A stretch of 39,474 nt of DNA from a virus. Taxonomy: Duplodnaviria; Heunggongvirae; Uroviricota; Caudoviricetes. Where the stretch lies: positions 1 through 39,474 of the IMG/VR virus record IMGVR_UViG_2861053794_000004. One strand, 5' to 3'. A model generated the notes under the pieces. It was not told the origin of the DNA. It saw only the letters and a program-made list of their open reading frames with translations, and did no database searches. Position 1 is the stretch's first letter. Each line of letters begins with the position of its first letter. This document shows positions 20,534 through 30,262 of this stretch, piece after piece. Made by a program: the position numbers and the translations under genes.

Positions 20534-21029
20534 GGCTTTTAACAGCAACATGCTTAACTTTCTCAACACGTTTACGCATTTTGAAAGCATTTTGCATTGG
20601 TTGGTACAAAACAAATAACGACGCTTTCAGGATGTCGTCAATTTCGTTTCTACAGGTTGCCAGTGAAGGTTTTCTCCATCCCTCGCCACCACGTCCACAC
20701 ATCTTGCGTGGCTTTGCAGTCGCGTGATAGTAGGATGCAATTGCTCGCTTAGATGAACCATGAGCGTAGTAGCTGAGGAGGATGCCAAAGGCTTTCTTGT
20801 CAATGTACATGACGGAATCGACGACCTGAGAAATCAACATTCCATCATCATCATTACACATTGGCCTTGTCATAACTCTTCCCGGCTCTACGCTCTCCAT
20901 GAACTTCGCTATTACGCTGCTCATGCGCTTTTCCAGACGACCTGAATAAACCCATGCGCCCCACAGCTCAAGCCAGCCATTCAGCCAATCGTGCTGTTCT
21001 TTGGTGAGGTTTAGCTCTCTTATGCTCAT
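20511..21029 (-). CDS. Q: Late-gene antiterminator Q
   Basis: 172 aa; position between ninH and pR'/lysis genes; resembles phage-21/82-type Q proteins as recalled. Confidence 0.7.
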   Translation of the reverse strand: MSIRELNLTKEQHDWLNGWLELWGAWVYSGRLEKRMSSVIAKFMESVEPGRVMTRPMCNDDDGMLISQVVDSVMYIDKKAFGILLSYYAHGSSKRAIASYYHATAKPRKMCGRGGEGWRKPSLATCRNEIDDILKASLFVLYQPMQNAFKMRKRVEKVKHVAVKSLDMQLAI

Positions 21030-21214
21030 CGTCTTCCCTTTTTTCCTGGCGTGACCATCAGGACGCCGTTAACTATTACATGACGCTCGCCTTTGCTGTC
21101 TCGGTTGTACTTGAGCACTGTTCCTCTTGCGCAGGAAAGCATCCTTGCCACTTCGGTCTGATTGCCTCGTGTCTGGATAAGAAGCTCTGGTATCGTTTGA
21201 ATTGTGGCGTTCAT
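21026..21214 (-). CDS. ninH: NinH
   Basis: IPELLIQTRGNQTEVARMLSCARGTVLKY...VIVNGVLMV matches lambda NinH as recalled. Confidence 0.85.
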   Translation of the reverse strand: MNATIQTIPELLIQTRGNQTEVARMLSCARGTVLKYNRDSKGERHVIVNGVLMVTPGKKGRR

Positions 21215-21573
21215 ACGTTCTCCAGTTCGGTGATTTTTATTCCAAGCCGTCCGCCTGGTACTTTCACACCACGAATTACGCGAATGTCATCGAATTGCTC
21301 GTCGTCTTCCGCAAATCCGGCGTGGATAAGAGAGTCGAGTAAACCTTTCAGGATGTTATCGAGGTCGCGGCGGCGGGAGTCTGGAACGTCTGCGATGACT
21401 TTGATGCGGAGCCGTGATTTGGTGAAAATATCTAACTTGAGTTGGTGGATGATTTGCTGAACGTCTTTTCGGTATTTCTGGCCTTTATCGCTGATGTAGT
21501 ATTGGCTTCCCCGTCTTCGCCAGTAGGTATTCACCGACGGCGGGTATGGAAGCACAAACTGATATTCGTTCAT
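21211..21573 (-). CDS. rusA: Holliday-junction resolvase RusA
   Basis: 120 aa; PYPPSVNTYW...; size and motifs of RusA family. Confidence 0.88.
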   Translation of the reverse strand: MNEYQFVLPYPPSVNTYWRRRGSQYYISDKGQKYRKDVQQIIHQLKLDIFTKSRLRIKVIADVPDSRRRDLDNILKGLLDSLIHAGFAEDDEQFDDIRVIRGVKVPGGRLGIKITELENV

Positions 21574-21860
21574 GACTTAATCTTCCCCTCCTTCAGCAGT
21601 ATCGCCTGCGTCCTGATCACGCCTTCGAGGTGGTAAAGTCTGGCGTCTTTGTTGTCGAGGTTATGGGTGCGTCGGTCGATTTCATCGTGACACGCGCTAC
21701 AAGCCCATGCGCCGATCAGGTCGTCAGGCTTCATTCCCGTTCCGCAAATTCCAGCCATCCGGTAATATGCCAGAACTGTAGTTTCAGGATTACCATTGCA
21801 TACGCCGTAAATACGTACCTGGCATTCTCTGCCGCGTGCTTCTTTGCGTAGGTTAGCCAT
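21570..21860 (-). CDS. ybcO: YbcO-like (DUF1364) protein
   Basis: 96 aa; RGRECQVRI.GVCNGNPET...CSACHDEIDRRTH matches E. coli YbcO as recalled. Confidence 0.8.
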   Translation of the reverse strand: MANLRKEARGRECQVRIYGVCNGNPETTVLAYYRMAGICGTGMKPDDLIGAWACSACHDEIDRRTHNLDNKDARLYHLEGVIRTQAILLKEGKIKS

Positions 21861-22065
21861 TTACCTTCCCTCGCAATTGAAGAATTGACTGAAGGTCTTT
21901 TTTAATAAATATGCGAGTGCGAATTGAGCAGTAGTTTTCCTTCATTCTGGCGTAGTAATAGTCCTTTCGTTGCTTAAGCTTGTTGGCATCCGCTGTCATC
22001 CAGTCTTTTACAGCAAACTTAATTAACCAGCGGTGGCAGAGATACCATTTCATGTAATCACTCAT
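21853..22065 (-). CDS. Hypothetical protein (70 aa)
   Basis: ORF in operon context between ninF and ybcO-like gene. Confidence 0.45.
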   Translation of the reverse strand: MSDYMKWYLCHRWLIKFAVKDWMTADANKLKQRKDYYYARMKENYCSIRTRIFIKKDLQSILQLRGKVNG

Positions 22066-22288
22066 CGTCTTCTTCCTCGTACATTGAGCTATTCGGATCG
22101 CTCATCAGTTCTGCGCAGCAGTGCTCACACACGTGAACTTCCAGCACATGCAGCTTCTGACCGCAGTTAGCGCACGTTAAAGCTCGCTCGACGCTTTCTT
22201 TCTGGTATTGAAGGGTTTGGGATGGGCTAAGCATGGCTTTCACCATTAAAAAGTCGCTTGTAAGCATCAATGTCTCGTTTTGCTTCAC
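22058..22288 (-). CDS. ninF: NinF
   Basis: ALTCANCGQKLHVLEVHVCEHCCAELMSDPNSSM.EEEDD matches lambda NinF as recalled. Confidence 0.85.
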   Translation of the reverse strand: MKQNETLMLTSDFLMVKAMLSPSQTLQYQKESVERALTCANCGQKLHVLEVHVCEHCCAELMSDPNSSMYEEEDDE

Positions 22289-22634
22289 CGAGCTTTCGTC
22301 TTAATTCCATGTTTTCTGATTCAAGCTTTTCCATGTCTTGTTGGTATCGATCGCGGTGTTCTTTCCATGCTTTTTGATACGCCTTCATGTATGTCATGTT
22401 GGCCTTTCTCTTTGCCTGACGAACTGCGTGGTGGTTTTTAACAAACCAGTCAGGGTCGTTAAATGCTGCTCTGGCGCATGTATACCAATAATTTGTTGCC
22501 TCCCTGTTTAGCCAATAAATACTGATAAATGGCAACCGGATAGACACCATTTTTCGTTGTGACTCTTTCTCGCCAAACATGTGGCCTTTTTGGATGCTAA
22601 GGCCAAATCCAGGTTGAATTAAAAGCATTGTCAT
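22227..22634 (-). CDS. Hypothetical protein inserted between ninE and ninF
   Basis: Start ATG at 22634 overlaps ninE stop (ATGA); start shortened from listed ORF (22227..22670). Confidence 0.5.
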   Translation of the reverse strand: MTMLLIQPGFGLSIQKGHMFGEKESQRKMVSIRLPFISIYWLNREATNYWYTCARAAFNDPDWFVKNHHAVRQAKRKANMTYMKAYQKAWKEHRDRYQQDMEKLESENMELRRKLGEAKRDIDAYKRLFNGESHA

Positions 22635-22807
22635 TTCCTCGCACGATGTCTTAGCCACCGGATATCCCACAGGTGAGCCGTGTAGTTGAAGGTTTTTACG
22701 TCAGATTCTTTTGGGATTGGCTTGCGTTTATTTCTGGAGCGTTTCGTTGGAAGGTATTTGCAGTTTTCACAGATGATGTCGGTGAAACTTCGTCGCTGTC
22801 GTCTCAT
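22631..22807 (-). CDS. ninE: NinE
   Basis: [53 protein letters not shown] matches lambda NinE; start taken at internal Met, overlapping ninB stop. Confidence 0.85.
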   Translation of the reverse strand: MRRQRRSFTDIICENCKYLPTKRSRNKRKPIPKESDVKTFNYTAHLWDIRWLRHRARK

Positions 22808-23214
22808 TCGTACCTCCTGTCGGTAAATCTGACACCCTGACCAATAGCCCAGGCTGTTGTGTACTCGATCAGACTTGCCATGCGCTTCACGCTCATCTGC
22901 GCGCTGCTTTCGCGAATGTTGACGCATTCTCCTTCAAGGCCGGGCAAAACATCAGCTTCCTGTTTTGTTGCCACTGCATGACCGCTGATCAACAAAACCT
23001 TCCATTGTTCCGGTTTTAACCATTTGCCGCACCATTGAACCTGACGTGCGATATCCGCCAGCATCGCGTGAAATTTTGCGTTCTGGTCAAGGTTGCGCTT
23101 GTAGTCAGTAATGCGGATTGTGACTGGCTTGTCTTTATCGAGTGGTGTTGCGAGGATGGCATTTATTGCAGCTTGCTGTTGTTGCTTACTTCGGAGGAAG
23201 ATTGTTTGCTTCAT
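22804..23214 (-). CDS. ninB: NinB (Orf family recombination mediator)
   Basis: Motifs RSLDQN.K and QV.W.G.WL resemble lambda NinB; start taken at MKQTIFL. Confidence 0.75.
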   Translation of the reverse strand: MKQTIFLRSKQQQQAAINAILATPLDKDKPVTIRITDYKRNLDQNAKFHAMLADIARQVQWCGKWLKPEQWKVLLISGHAVATKQEADVLPGLEGECVNIRESSAQMSVKRMASLIEYTTAWAIGQGVRFTDRRYE

Positions 23215-23216
23215 CG

Positions 23217-23483
23217 TTACTCCTTCACTTTGACTCCAGCAGCGCGAATCCGTCCTTCGCATTCACTAATTGCGTCGTTATAACCAAATGTGACCCCATC
23301 CTCGAAATCGGTAGAAAATGCCTCACGCTCTATTTTTCCAGGACACTCAATCTCGATAGCTGCTCGCGATGCCTGCCACGCTTGCCAATACATCTCAACC
23401 ATATTGGCGTATATTTTATTTTTAGGATCACATCCGGTGTAATTTTCAAACCATTCTTCAAACTGCTTTCTTGATTCGTCCAT
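23217..23483 (-). CDS. Hypothetical protein (88 aa)
   Basis: ORF tightly packed upstream of ninB. Confidence 0.45.
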   Translation of the reverse strand: MDESRKQFEEWFENYTGCDPKNKIYANMVEMYWQAWQASRAAIEIECPGKIEREAFSTDFEDGVTFGYNDAISECEGRIRAAGVKVKE

Positions 23484-23500
23484 CGATTCTTATCCTCAGT

Positions 23501-23707
23501 TCAACTCACAAAACGCCACGCCATTTTTGCTACAGCGACAGGCGCAACACCGATAATCACCCACAGGAAAATGCTACCGAAAAGCACACCCACCAGGTCT
23601 TTACCTTCGCCTACCAACCGGACAAAACTGCTGGCAACAACAATGAACGTCGCCACCATCCACATAGCACCGAGAATCCTCAATGCAGAGAAAATTAACT
23701 CAGCCAC
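23501..23707 (-). CDS. Small membrane protein (two predicted TM helices)
   Basis: 68 aa, two hydrophobic stretches. Confidence 0.45.
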   Translation of the reverse strand: MAELIFSALRILGAMWMVATFIVVASSFVRLVGEGKDLVGVLFGSIFLWVIIGVAPVAVAKMAWRFVS

Positions 23708-23779
23708 GATTTACCCTCCCCCAAATAAAAAGGCCTGCGATTACCAGCAGGCCTGTTACAAGCTCAGTGATGTAGATGG

Positions 23780-24049
23780 TCATTGCTTCATCTCCCTTTC
23801 CATTTCATCAATGTCAACGTCATCAGGAAGATGGGAACAATACGCTGCTATACCATGATGATTTATCTCATACCCTTTGAACGTTACCATCTGGTGCGTA
23901 ATCTCAACTTCGTTCAGGAATCCGTCATCGCATAACTGCCTGGCTATTTTCGATTTGGTCTGGATTATTGGTAGTGCCTGTTCTTTCAAAGCGCATGATA
24001 TTTGTGCATCCCATGCCTTTTCGAGAATGGCTAATTGTTTTTTATTCAT
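23780..24049 (-). CDS. Hypothetical protein (89 aa)
   Basis: ORF directly downstream of helicase gene. Confidence 0.45.
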   Translation of the reverse strand: MNKKQLAILEKAWDAQISCALKEQALPIIQTKSKIARQLCDDGFLNEVEITHQMVTFKGYEINHHGIAAYCSHLPDDVDIDEMEREMKQ

Positions 24050-25500
24050 CAGAATCCTCCTTTCTTCTTGGACTGCGGTTCCTCGCGTTCACGGCGGCGC
24101 ATTTCAGCAGACTGTTGGTCTGTGTCATAAATAGCGCCATTTGCCTGAATGCAATACACCGTGCCGGTATTGCCATGACGATTGAGACGAAGGATTAGTT
24201 CAGTTTCACCAGGTGGAACACTGTCATCAAAAGCGCCTTCACGATGGATCCCGACCCAATAATCGCAATCCTGTTCAATCTGCCCTGTATCTCGTGAGTC
24301 ACTTGGTAATGGGCGTTTATTGGTTCTGCTTTCCAGTGCGCGGTTAAGCTGCGTCAGAAGCACAACAACGCAATCAAGCTCTTTGGCAAGGTTCTTCAGT
24401 CCTTTGGTGATCATGCCGTAAGCAAGATCGTTGCGATCGGCCTTCTCAGCAGTCATTAGTGTCAGGTAATCGACCAGAATCATGCCAACACATCCTTTTT
24501 CTCGCTTGATTCGACGGCTTTCGCTGACGATTTGAGCCAGAGATAATCCCGGCGTGTCGTCGATGTAAAGCAGGTCGATTTCACTCAAGCGATTGGCTGT
24601 TTCGATCGCCCTGTTGAAGTCACCATCGTAATCACCCTGATAGCCGTCATCAGCGTCATTTGTCGCCGGAAGGTAAAAAATATTCGGGTTAACACCTGAC
24701 TTCTGTCCCACCAGTTTTTCCAGTATCTGGTCACCTGGCATTTCAAGGCTGAACATCAGAGCGGGCTTTTTCTCATGCACTGCGCAGTTGATTGCCATCT
24801 GGCTGTATAGCGTCGTTTTCCCCATCTTAGGGCGAGCGCCAATGACAAACAGAGAGCCTTTCACCAGACCTTTCGGTGACAGCATCCTGTCCAGCGATGG
24901 GATCCCTGTGCTCATTCCTCGTTGTTCACCTGACGGGTCAAATCGCTTCTCAAGGTCGCTAACCCAGTCTTCCATGACCTCACCAAATGAGCGAAGGCCG
25001 CGACGCGATCCGGTTTTTGCATGGTCTGTCAGTTGCGTGAAAATAGCCTGAATAGCTTCGTACTTCTGCGTTGCAGTCATTCCGTTGCGGGAATAGAGCA
25101 ATTCCATCGCTTCAGTCATGCGGTTGATGGCGTAGCGTTCCATTGCGGTTTCACGAACCTGCATTGCATAGGCAACGATGTTTGCTGCGCTTGGCGTGTT
25201 CTTTGCGATCTCAGCGATATAAGCAAAACCGCCAACAGACACCGTTAACGATTTGCGCTCCAGTTCATCGAAAAGCGTCAGGCCATCTACTGGCTTTTGC
25301 TCCCGGTGCATTCTGGTTATTTCTTCGAAAAGGATTTTGTGTGGTCGGCTGTAAAATGAATCGGGCTTCAGCATCGCCAGAACTTTCTGGACGCGCTCAC
25401 TGCTGTCATCATCCAGAAGCAATCCACCAATCACCGCCTGCTCTGCCTCGATGCTATGGGGCGGCGCATAAAAATTATCGGTCATCGTGTTCACCCTCAC
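24049..25500 (-). CDS. Replicative DNA helicase (DnaB family; P22 gp12 analogue)
   Basis: DnaB N-terminal motif PPHSIEAEQAVIGGLLLD and Walker A GARPKMGKTT; true start may be the Met at 25485. Confidence 0.88.
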   Translation of the reverse strand: MRVNTMTDNFYAPPHSIEAEQAVIGGLLLDDDSSERVQKVLAMLKPDSFYSRPHKILFEEITRMHREQKPVDGLTLFDELERKSLTVSVGGFAYIAEIAKNTPSAANIVAYAMQVRETAMERYAINRMTEAMELLYSRNGMTATQKYEAIQAIFTQLTDHAKTGSRRGLRSFGEVMEDWVSDLEKRFDPSGEQRGMSTGIPSLDRMLSPKGLVKGSLFVIGARPKMGKTTLYSQMAINCAVHEKKPALMFSLEMPGDQILEKLVGQKSGVNPNIFYLPATNDADDGYQGDYDGDFNRAIETANRLSEIDLLYIDDTPGLSLAQIVSESRRIKREKGCVGMILVDYLTLMTAEKADRNDLAYGMITKGLKNLAKELDCVVVLLTQLNRALESRTNKRPLPSDSRDTGQIEQDCDYWVGIHREGAFDDSVPPGETELILRLNRHGNTGTVYCIQANGAIYDTDQQSAEMRRREREEPQSKKKGGF

Positions 25501-26374
25501 GAACTTTCAGGTAGGTATTATCGTTAAGCAGAAAATCAAATCCCTTTTTGTGCCAGACAGTTCCGCGTTGATGGTTTGGACGCTCTTCGAACATCCATCG
25601 ACAATTTTCGCCTACGTAGCTCAAATAATTTCTCCAGTCCTGCATCGTGAACCCATGCCCGTCAAGCTGGCGGGTTATCACTCCGGCTTTGCGCCAGAAC
25701 GTTCGGATCTGGTTTTTACGCTTGTCATTCAGTGCGCGGATTCTTGGCGCTTCAGGAAGGATTTCGTGGTAAGCATCGACAACATCCTGACAGCTGACGG
25801 AAGGTTTTTTCTTGTCAGACTTTTTGTCTGCTGTGGCACTCTCTAATACGTCAGTATTAGAGATAATATTATTATATTCTTTATTTGTGGTAATTTGCTG
25901 GTAATCTGCTGGTACAGCATTGCTTACAGGCATTGGTATTGCTGGCTTTGAGGTGGTAATTTGCTGGTAATCTGCTGGTACAAAATTTGACTGATAATCG
26001 TCATATTTCTCTACCGAGAAAACTGAGAATTTACCGTGTGAAACCCAGTCAATCATGCCGAGTTTTTTGAACTTTCTAAGCAGGTACTGAACGCGATCTG
26101 GTTTGAGTCCTGTTTCAAACGCCAGAGAGTTTCTACCGCCAAGTAGCTTCCCTCTGCCTACCAGAATTTCTCCTGCGTCAGTCATTACATACTCAGGCGT
26201 ATGCTTTGCTTTGAGGATTAAGTGAACCCACAGATGCGCAGCTTCTGCGTCCTTGTAAAACGGCACATCCATAATTTTACGGTGCAGCAAGGCATACCCC
26301 TTACCGCTGCTTTGATGCGGTTGTTGTAGCCTTCTGGCCTCTCTGGCTTCGGCTAGATTAGATATGTTACTCAT
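25475..26374 (-). CDS. Replication initiator (lambda O / P22 gp18 analogue)
   Basis: 299 aa; position between cII and helicase; contains in-frame iteron array. Confidence 0.65.
   Translation of the reverse strand: MSNISNLAEAREARRLQQPHQSSGKGYALLHRKIMDVPFYKDAEAAHLWVHLILKAKHTPEYVMTDAGEILVGRGKLLGGRNSLAFETGLKPDRVQYLLRKFKKLGMIDWVSHGKFSVFSVEKYDDYQSNFVPADYQQITTSKPAIPMPVSNAVPADYQQITTNKEYNNIISNTDVLESATADKKSDKKKPSVSCQDVVDAYHEILPEAPRIRALNDKRKNQIRTFWRKAGVITRQLDGHGFTMQDWRNYLSYVGENCRWMFEERPNHQRGTVWHKKGFDFLLNDNTYLKVREGEHDDR
25888..25982. repeat. Replication-origin iterons within the O-like gene
   Basis: Perfect 30-bp direct repeat GTGGTAATTTGCTGGTAATCTGCTGGTACA at 25888-25917 and 25953-25982, each containing two TAATYTGCTGG sub-repeats; AT-rich tract at 25855-25887. 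Confidence 0.75.
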
Positions 26375-26513
26375 GACCTTTCTCCTTCTGCATCAGCTTC
26401 ACCTTTTCCAACTCAGCCCGGAATCGACCAGGCTGCTTGAAGCTGGACAGGAAGCGATCACGTAGTATGTGTTTGTGAATTTTGTCCTGGTAAGGACTGA
26501 GTTGTTTTGTCAT
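26367..26513 (-). CDS. Small ORF (48 aa) between cII and O-like gene
   Basis: ATG at 26513; stop TAA overlaps O start (ATGAGTAA); below the ORF-track size cutoff. Confidence 0.35.
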   Translation of the reverse strand: MTKQLSPYQDKIHKHILRDRFLSSFKQPGRFRAELEKVKLMQKEKGHE

Positions 26514-26545
26514 AATGACTCCTGTGGATTGATCCAGTAATTCCC

Positions 26546-26842
26546 TCAGAATTGCATATCAATTTGCTTAAAATCCTCGGTGGCGGCCGGGGATTTTTTC
26601 TTTGTGATTTCATCAAGCGCATACTTAAAAGCCCTGCTAATCGGACTGATGTCTGATGCCATTCCGAAAGCACACAAGACCGAAGCAATAAATCTCCAGT
26701 CCGTTCTGCTTATCTTCGATTCATGACAGCCAATCATCTTTGCCAGACCGCGCTGGGTAAGCGTTGACAGGTTGATGAGTAAATCAGTTTCAGCGCGATC
26801 AATTTCTCGCTGTGTTGGCTTGCTGTAGCTTGCTTGTGTCAT
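26546..26842 (-). CDS. cII: CII-like transcriptional activator
   Basis: HTH ([14 protein letters not shown]) and C-terminal [18 protein letters not shown] resembling lambda CII tail. Confidence 0.8.
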   Translation of the reverse strand: MTQASYSKPTQREIDRAETDLLINLSTLTQRGLAKMIGCHESKISRTDWRFIASVLCAFGMASDISPISRAFKYALDEITKKKSPAATEDFKQIDMQF

Positions 26843-26963
26843 TTCTTACAATCTCCATAGGTAAATAATTTGGGTTTTTATCGTGCACCATTGACAGTCA
26901 TCCTTGACCACGCCGGGCACCCGACCGTATACCGGGCCGTTCGGTACTAAAAGTACATTTTTA

Positions 26964-27194
26964 TTACATAACAAACTGCTGTTTACCGATACGGCGAATC
27001 TGTGCTGCTGAGTACTTGCCGCCTGATGCCTTGGCGATCTTATCCGCATATTCGGTTTCACCAGTGAACTCGGTACGCGGCAGAGAACCACGCTCAAGCC
27101 ACTTATAGATGGCTTTTGGCGTAAGTCCACAAACATCAGCCACAACAGAAACTCGAACTGATTTGATAACTTCTCCAAACGTAACTTCGTTCAT
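26964..27194 (-). CDS. cro: Cro-like repressor
   Basis: 76 aa HTH protein divergent from cI; AGGAGAG SD before ATG. Confidence 0.7.
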   Translation of the reverse strand: MNEVTFGEVIKSVRVSVVADVCGLTPKAIYKWLERGSLPRTEFTGETEYADKIAKASGGKYSAAQIRRIGKQQFVM

Positions 27195-27209
27195 GCTTCT
27201 CTCCTGTGG

Positions 27210-27283
27210 TGAACTTATGGTTCATATTATGACGGAACTGATAGTACAGTCAATACCTAATATAGTTGAACTTATGGTTCAAC
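27210..27283. promoter_or_regulatory. OR operator cluster with pR and pRM
   Basis: Palindromes TGAACTTATGGTTCA at 27210-27224 and 27267-27281, weaker GGAACTGATAGTACA at 27233-27247; minus-strand -35 TTGACT / -10 CATAAT for pR; plus-strand -10 TAATAT just before cI ATG. Confidence 0.7.
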
Positions 27284-27981
27284 AGAAAGAGCGTGAAACT
27301 TTCTCGCAGAGGCTTGCGCTGGCCTGTGATAAAGCGGGATTACCTTTGCATGGTAGGCAGGCTGATTTAGCTGTCAGGCTTAAGGTCACACCAAAAGCCA
27401 TTAGTAAATGGTTCAACGGGGAGTCAATACCAAGAAAAGACAAGATGGAATCTCTGGCTTCGGTGCTGGGAACTACTGCTGCATATCTGCATGGCTATGC
27501 TGATGATGACGGTATCACGGTAAATCATCTATCAAGATCAAATGATTATTATCGTGTTGATGTATTGGATGTTCAGGCGAGCGCCGGGCCAGGAACCATG
27601 GTTTCCAATGAATTTATAGAAAAGATAAGAGCAATTGAATATACGACCGAGCAGGCAAGAATTTTATTTAATGGAAGGCCACAGGAAAGCGTAAAAGTCA
27701 TCACGGTTCGCGGTGACAGCATGGAGGGAACCATCAATCCGGGAGATGAGATCTTTGTTGATGTATCCATAACCTGTTTTGATGGCGATGGCATTTATGT
27801 GTTTGTATACGGGAAAACAATGCACGTTAAGCGCCTGCAAATGCAAAAGAACAGGCTTGCCGTCATCTCTGACAATGCCGCTTATGATCGATGGTACATA
27901 GAAGAAGGTGAAGAAGAGCAACTTCACATTCTAGCCAAAGTCCTCATTAGGCAGTCAATCGATTACAAGCGATTCGGATAA
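27274..27981 (+). CDS. cI: CI repressor (HTH plus S24 autopeptidase domain)
   Basis: HTH RQADLAVRLKVTPKAISKWFNG; C-terminal GDSM...K LexA-like cleavage domain; start set at ATG 27274 inside OR3-like site. Confidence 0.85.
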   Translation: MVQQKERETFSQRLALACDKAGLPLHGRQADLAVRLKVTPKAISKWFNGESIPRKDKMESLASVLGTTAAYLHGYADDDGITVNHLSRSNDYYRVDVLDVQASAGPGTMVSNEFIEKIRAIEYTTEQARILFNGRPQESVKVITVRGDSMEGTINPGDEIFVDVSITCFDGDGIYVFVYGKTMHVKRLQMQKNRLAVISDNAAYDRWYIEEGEEEQLHILAKVLIRQSIDYKRFG

Positions 27982-28000
27982 AAATAAATTTCCTTAAAGT

Positions 28001-28070
28001 TCACTAACTTATGATGTAGTGAGCTTTTTATATCCATAAAATGTACTATTGGTACTTTACATTAATGAAC
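28001..28070. promoter_or_regulatory. Candidate OL/pL region (degenerate operator-like palindromes)
   Basis: CACTAACTTATGATGTAGTG (28001-28020) shares the ACTTATG centre with OR sites; TGAACTTTAAGTACA (28056-28070) matches OR consensus at 11 of 15 positions. Confidence 0.3.
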
Positions 28071-28242
28071 TTTAAGTACATCATAAGCCCATAGACGAAC
28101 GGCGCGTCTTTAAACCATGCGTCGGGAGCGCGGCGGGTTCAGGATGAACGGCAATGCTGCTCATTAGCGAGAAGGCTTTTTTGCTTTTAGTCACAAAAAG
28201 CAAAGCAGCTTTTTGATATAGAAAAAGAAAAAGGAGGCTGAT

Positions 28243-28686
28243 TTGAAGAGTGCTACAGTTTACACGGCAATGAGAGTTAAGCAATATGGCGGCGTACCTT
28301 CGGTAGAGGTAAGGTGTGATGATAAAAGAACCAAAGTTGTTACTGATTGCCTTCTGCTTTTTAAAAGCATAGACGAGGTAATTTTTATTGGCGCTGAAAA
28401 TCTTCACCCTTTGATAAAAGCAGAGATGAAGCAATGTGCAATCGATGCATTGGGAGTTGGGCAAGGCAAGTCTCAGATCGAAGCAAAGCAAATGCTTACA
28501 GAGCTTGAAAGCAGCAGACGTAGACAAGCAAGCAGGGCAAGACAATTTCACGATGCGATCGCAGGATGGAGCAGAGAGCTTATGTCTTTAAATGTAGACA
28601 TACAGAGAGGAATTGATGTTCCAACAATAAGGTCAAGAATAGGTACGATCGCAGAGAACATGGAAAAGCTAAATCCAAAGAAATAA
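28243..28686 (+). CDS. Unrecognised 147-aa protein in the N/rex position (gene A)
   Basis: TTG start preceded by AAGGAGG at 28231-28237; non-hydrophobic; Arg-rich patch SSRRRQASRARQ mid-protein; followed by strong terminator. Confidence 0.6.
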   Translation: MKSATVYTAMRVKQYGGVPSVEVRCDDKRTKVVTDCLLLFKSIDEVIFIGAENLHPLIKAEMKQCAIDALGVGQGKSQIEAKQMLTELESSRRRQASRARQFHDAIAGWSRELMSLNVDIQRGIDVPTIRSRIGTIAENMEKLNPKK

Positions 28687-28688
28687 TA

Positions 28689-28710
28689 ACCCGCTAAGGC
28701 GGGTTTTTTA
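28689..28710. terminator. Bidirectional rho-independent terminator between convergent genes A and B
   Basis: ACCCGC-TAAG-GCGGGT followed by TTTTTT on plus strand and TTATTATTT on minus strand. Confidence 0.8.
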
Positions 28711-28802
28711 TTACATAAATAACCGAATTTACTACCGCAAGCCTGGCGAACGCGGCATAACATGCAGAGGACGCCAGAAAATTAAAGGTAAATCTATATC
28801 AC

Positions 28803-29384
<582 letters not shown>

Positions 29385-29507
29385 TTAAAAGACAGGCATA
29401 CTAATAAACACTGCACTGTGTATTCATTCCAACGAGTGAATACACGGAGCAATGTCGCTCGTAACTAAACAGGAGCCGACTTGTTCTGATTATTGGAAAT
29501 CTTCTTT

Positions 29508-29533
29508 GCCCTCCAGTGTGAGGGCCTTTTTAT
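29508..29533 (+). terminator. Rho-independent terminator in the early-left leader
   Basis: GCCCTC-CAGTGT-GAGGGC followed by CTTTTTAT; a second weaker hairpin AACGC...GCGTT plus T-run at 29546-29571. Confidence 0.7.
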
Positions 29534-29597
29534 ATGCATACCAATAACGCTTCACTTGAGGCGTTTTCGTTATGCAATCAAATATAAGGAGTTACCC

Positions 29598-29732
29598 ATG
29601 ATGCACTTTCAGCTCGCGGGTAGCGGCGTCATGTCCGCTTTCTACCCGCACGAATCTGAATTATCACGCCGAGTTAAACAATTAATCAGAGCAGCAAAGA
29701 AACAACTGGAGGCGTTATGCGCAATGAAATAG
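29598..29732 (+). CDS. cIII: CIII-like protein (44 aa)
   Basis: AAGGAG SD then ATG; MMHFQLAGSGVMSAFYPHESELSRRVKQLIRAAKKQL parallels lambda CIII (MQYAIAGWPVAGCPSESLLERITRKLRDGWKRLIDIL) as recalled. Confidence 0.6.
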   Translation: MMHFQLAGSGVMSAFYPHESELSRRVKQLIRAAKKQLEALCAMK

Positions 29733-29869
29733 CCATCAATCACCAGATGCTTCGTGCAGCACAAAACAAAGCAGTAATAGCCAGATTTATTGGTGATTCA
29801 AAAATGTGGCTTGAAGCAAATAAAGCGATGAAATCAGCTATCAACCTTCCGTGGTATCGCAGGAAATGA
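29717..29869 (+). CDS. kil: Kil-like protein (50 aa)
   Basis: GGAGG SD; segment IARFIGDSKMW resembles lambda Kil as recalled; overlaps cIII-like stop. Confidence 0.5.
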   Translation: MRNEIAINHQMLRAAQNKAVIARFIGDSKMWLEANKAMKSAINLPWYRRK

Positions 29870-29973
29870 GTTTTACAGATAACTGGTCAGACGAAGAATT
29901 CATTCGTCAGATGAACAAAATGCTCAATCAGCACAAAGAACAGGAGAAAGATGATGATTCTGACTCTGAATGA
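29866..29973 (+). CDS. Small acidic ORF (35 aa)
   Basis: ATGA overlap with kil-like stop; translationally coupled chain of small genes. Confidence 0.3.
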   Translation: MSFTDNWSDEEFIRQMNKMLNQHKEQEKDDDSDSE

Positions 29974-30262
29974 TAAGCGTGAAATATCGCAAATAATCGC
30001 AAGTTTTACTGATGAAGATTACGAGCGAATCAACAGTGAAGTTGATCGCCTCTGCAAACGTTGCGACCCAATAAGCGAAATGCTTCGCTCATATAAACCA
30101 GATGAACACACTAAGGACGCTATCGACTGGCTGGAAGATGATGACTGTAACTATCAGGAAAAAGCCGCTGAATGGTTCTGGGATGCAATAACCGAAAGAG
30201 TTAAGGCTGAATATGCCTTCGCAATATTCAAACGCAGACATATTTATGGAGAAGCTGCATGA
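29951..30262 (+). CDS. Hypothetical protein (103 aa)
   Basis: ORF ending with ATGA overlap onto recT. Confidence 0.5.
   Translation: MMILTLNDKREISQIIASFTDEDYERINSEVDRLCKRCDPISEMLRSYKPDEHTKDAIDWLEDDDCNYQEKAAEWFWDAITERVKAEYAFAIFKRRHIYGEAA

Noticed and set aside
22808-23262. N-terminal extensions of the listed ninE (98 aa) and ninB (152 aa) ORFs
   Set aside because: Internal Met starts give proteins matching lambda NinE and NinB and create ATGA overlaps with upstream stops; the extensions overlap neighbouring genes.
26901-26963. nutR boxA/boxB between cro and cII
   Set aside because: GC-rich palindromes are present but nothing resembles boxA (CGCTCTTA) followed by a boxB hairpin, so no call was made.
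27109-27273. Extended N-terminus of the cI ORF (290-aa version)
   Set aside because: The extension runs through the operators and cro start on the opposite strand; the ATG at 27274 gives a typical-length CI with the HTH near the N-terminus.
28081-28551. 156-aa minus-strand ORF overlapping gene A
   Set aside because: Cys/Leu/Phe-rich composition typical of an antisense frame; no SD; gene A on the plus strand has a strong SD and matching terminator.
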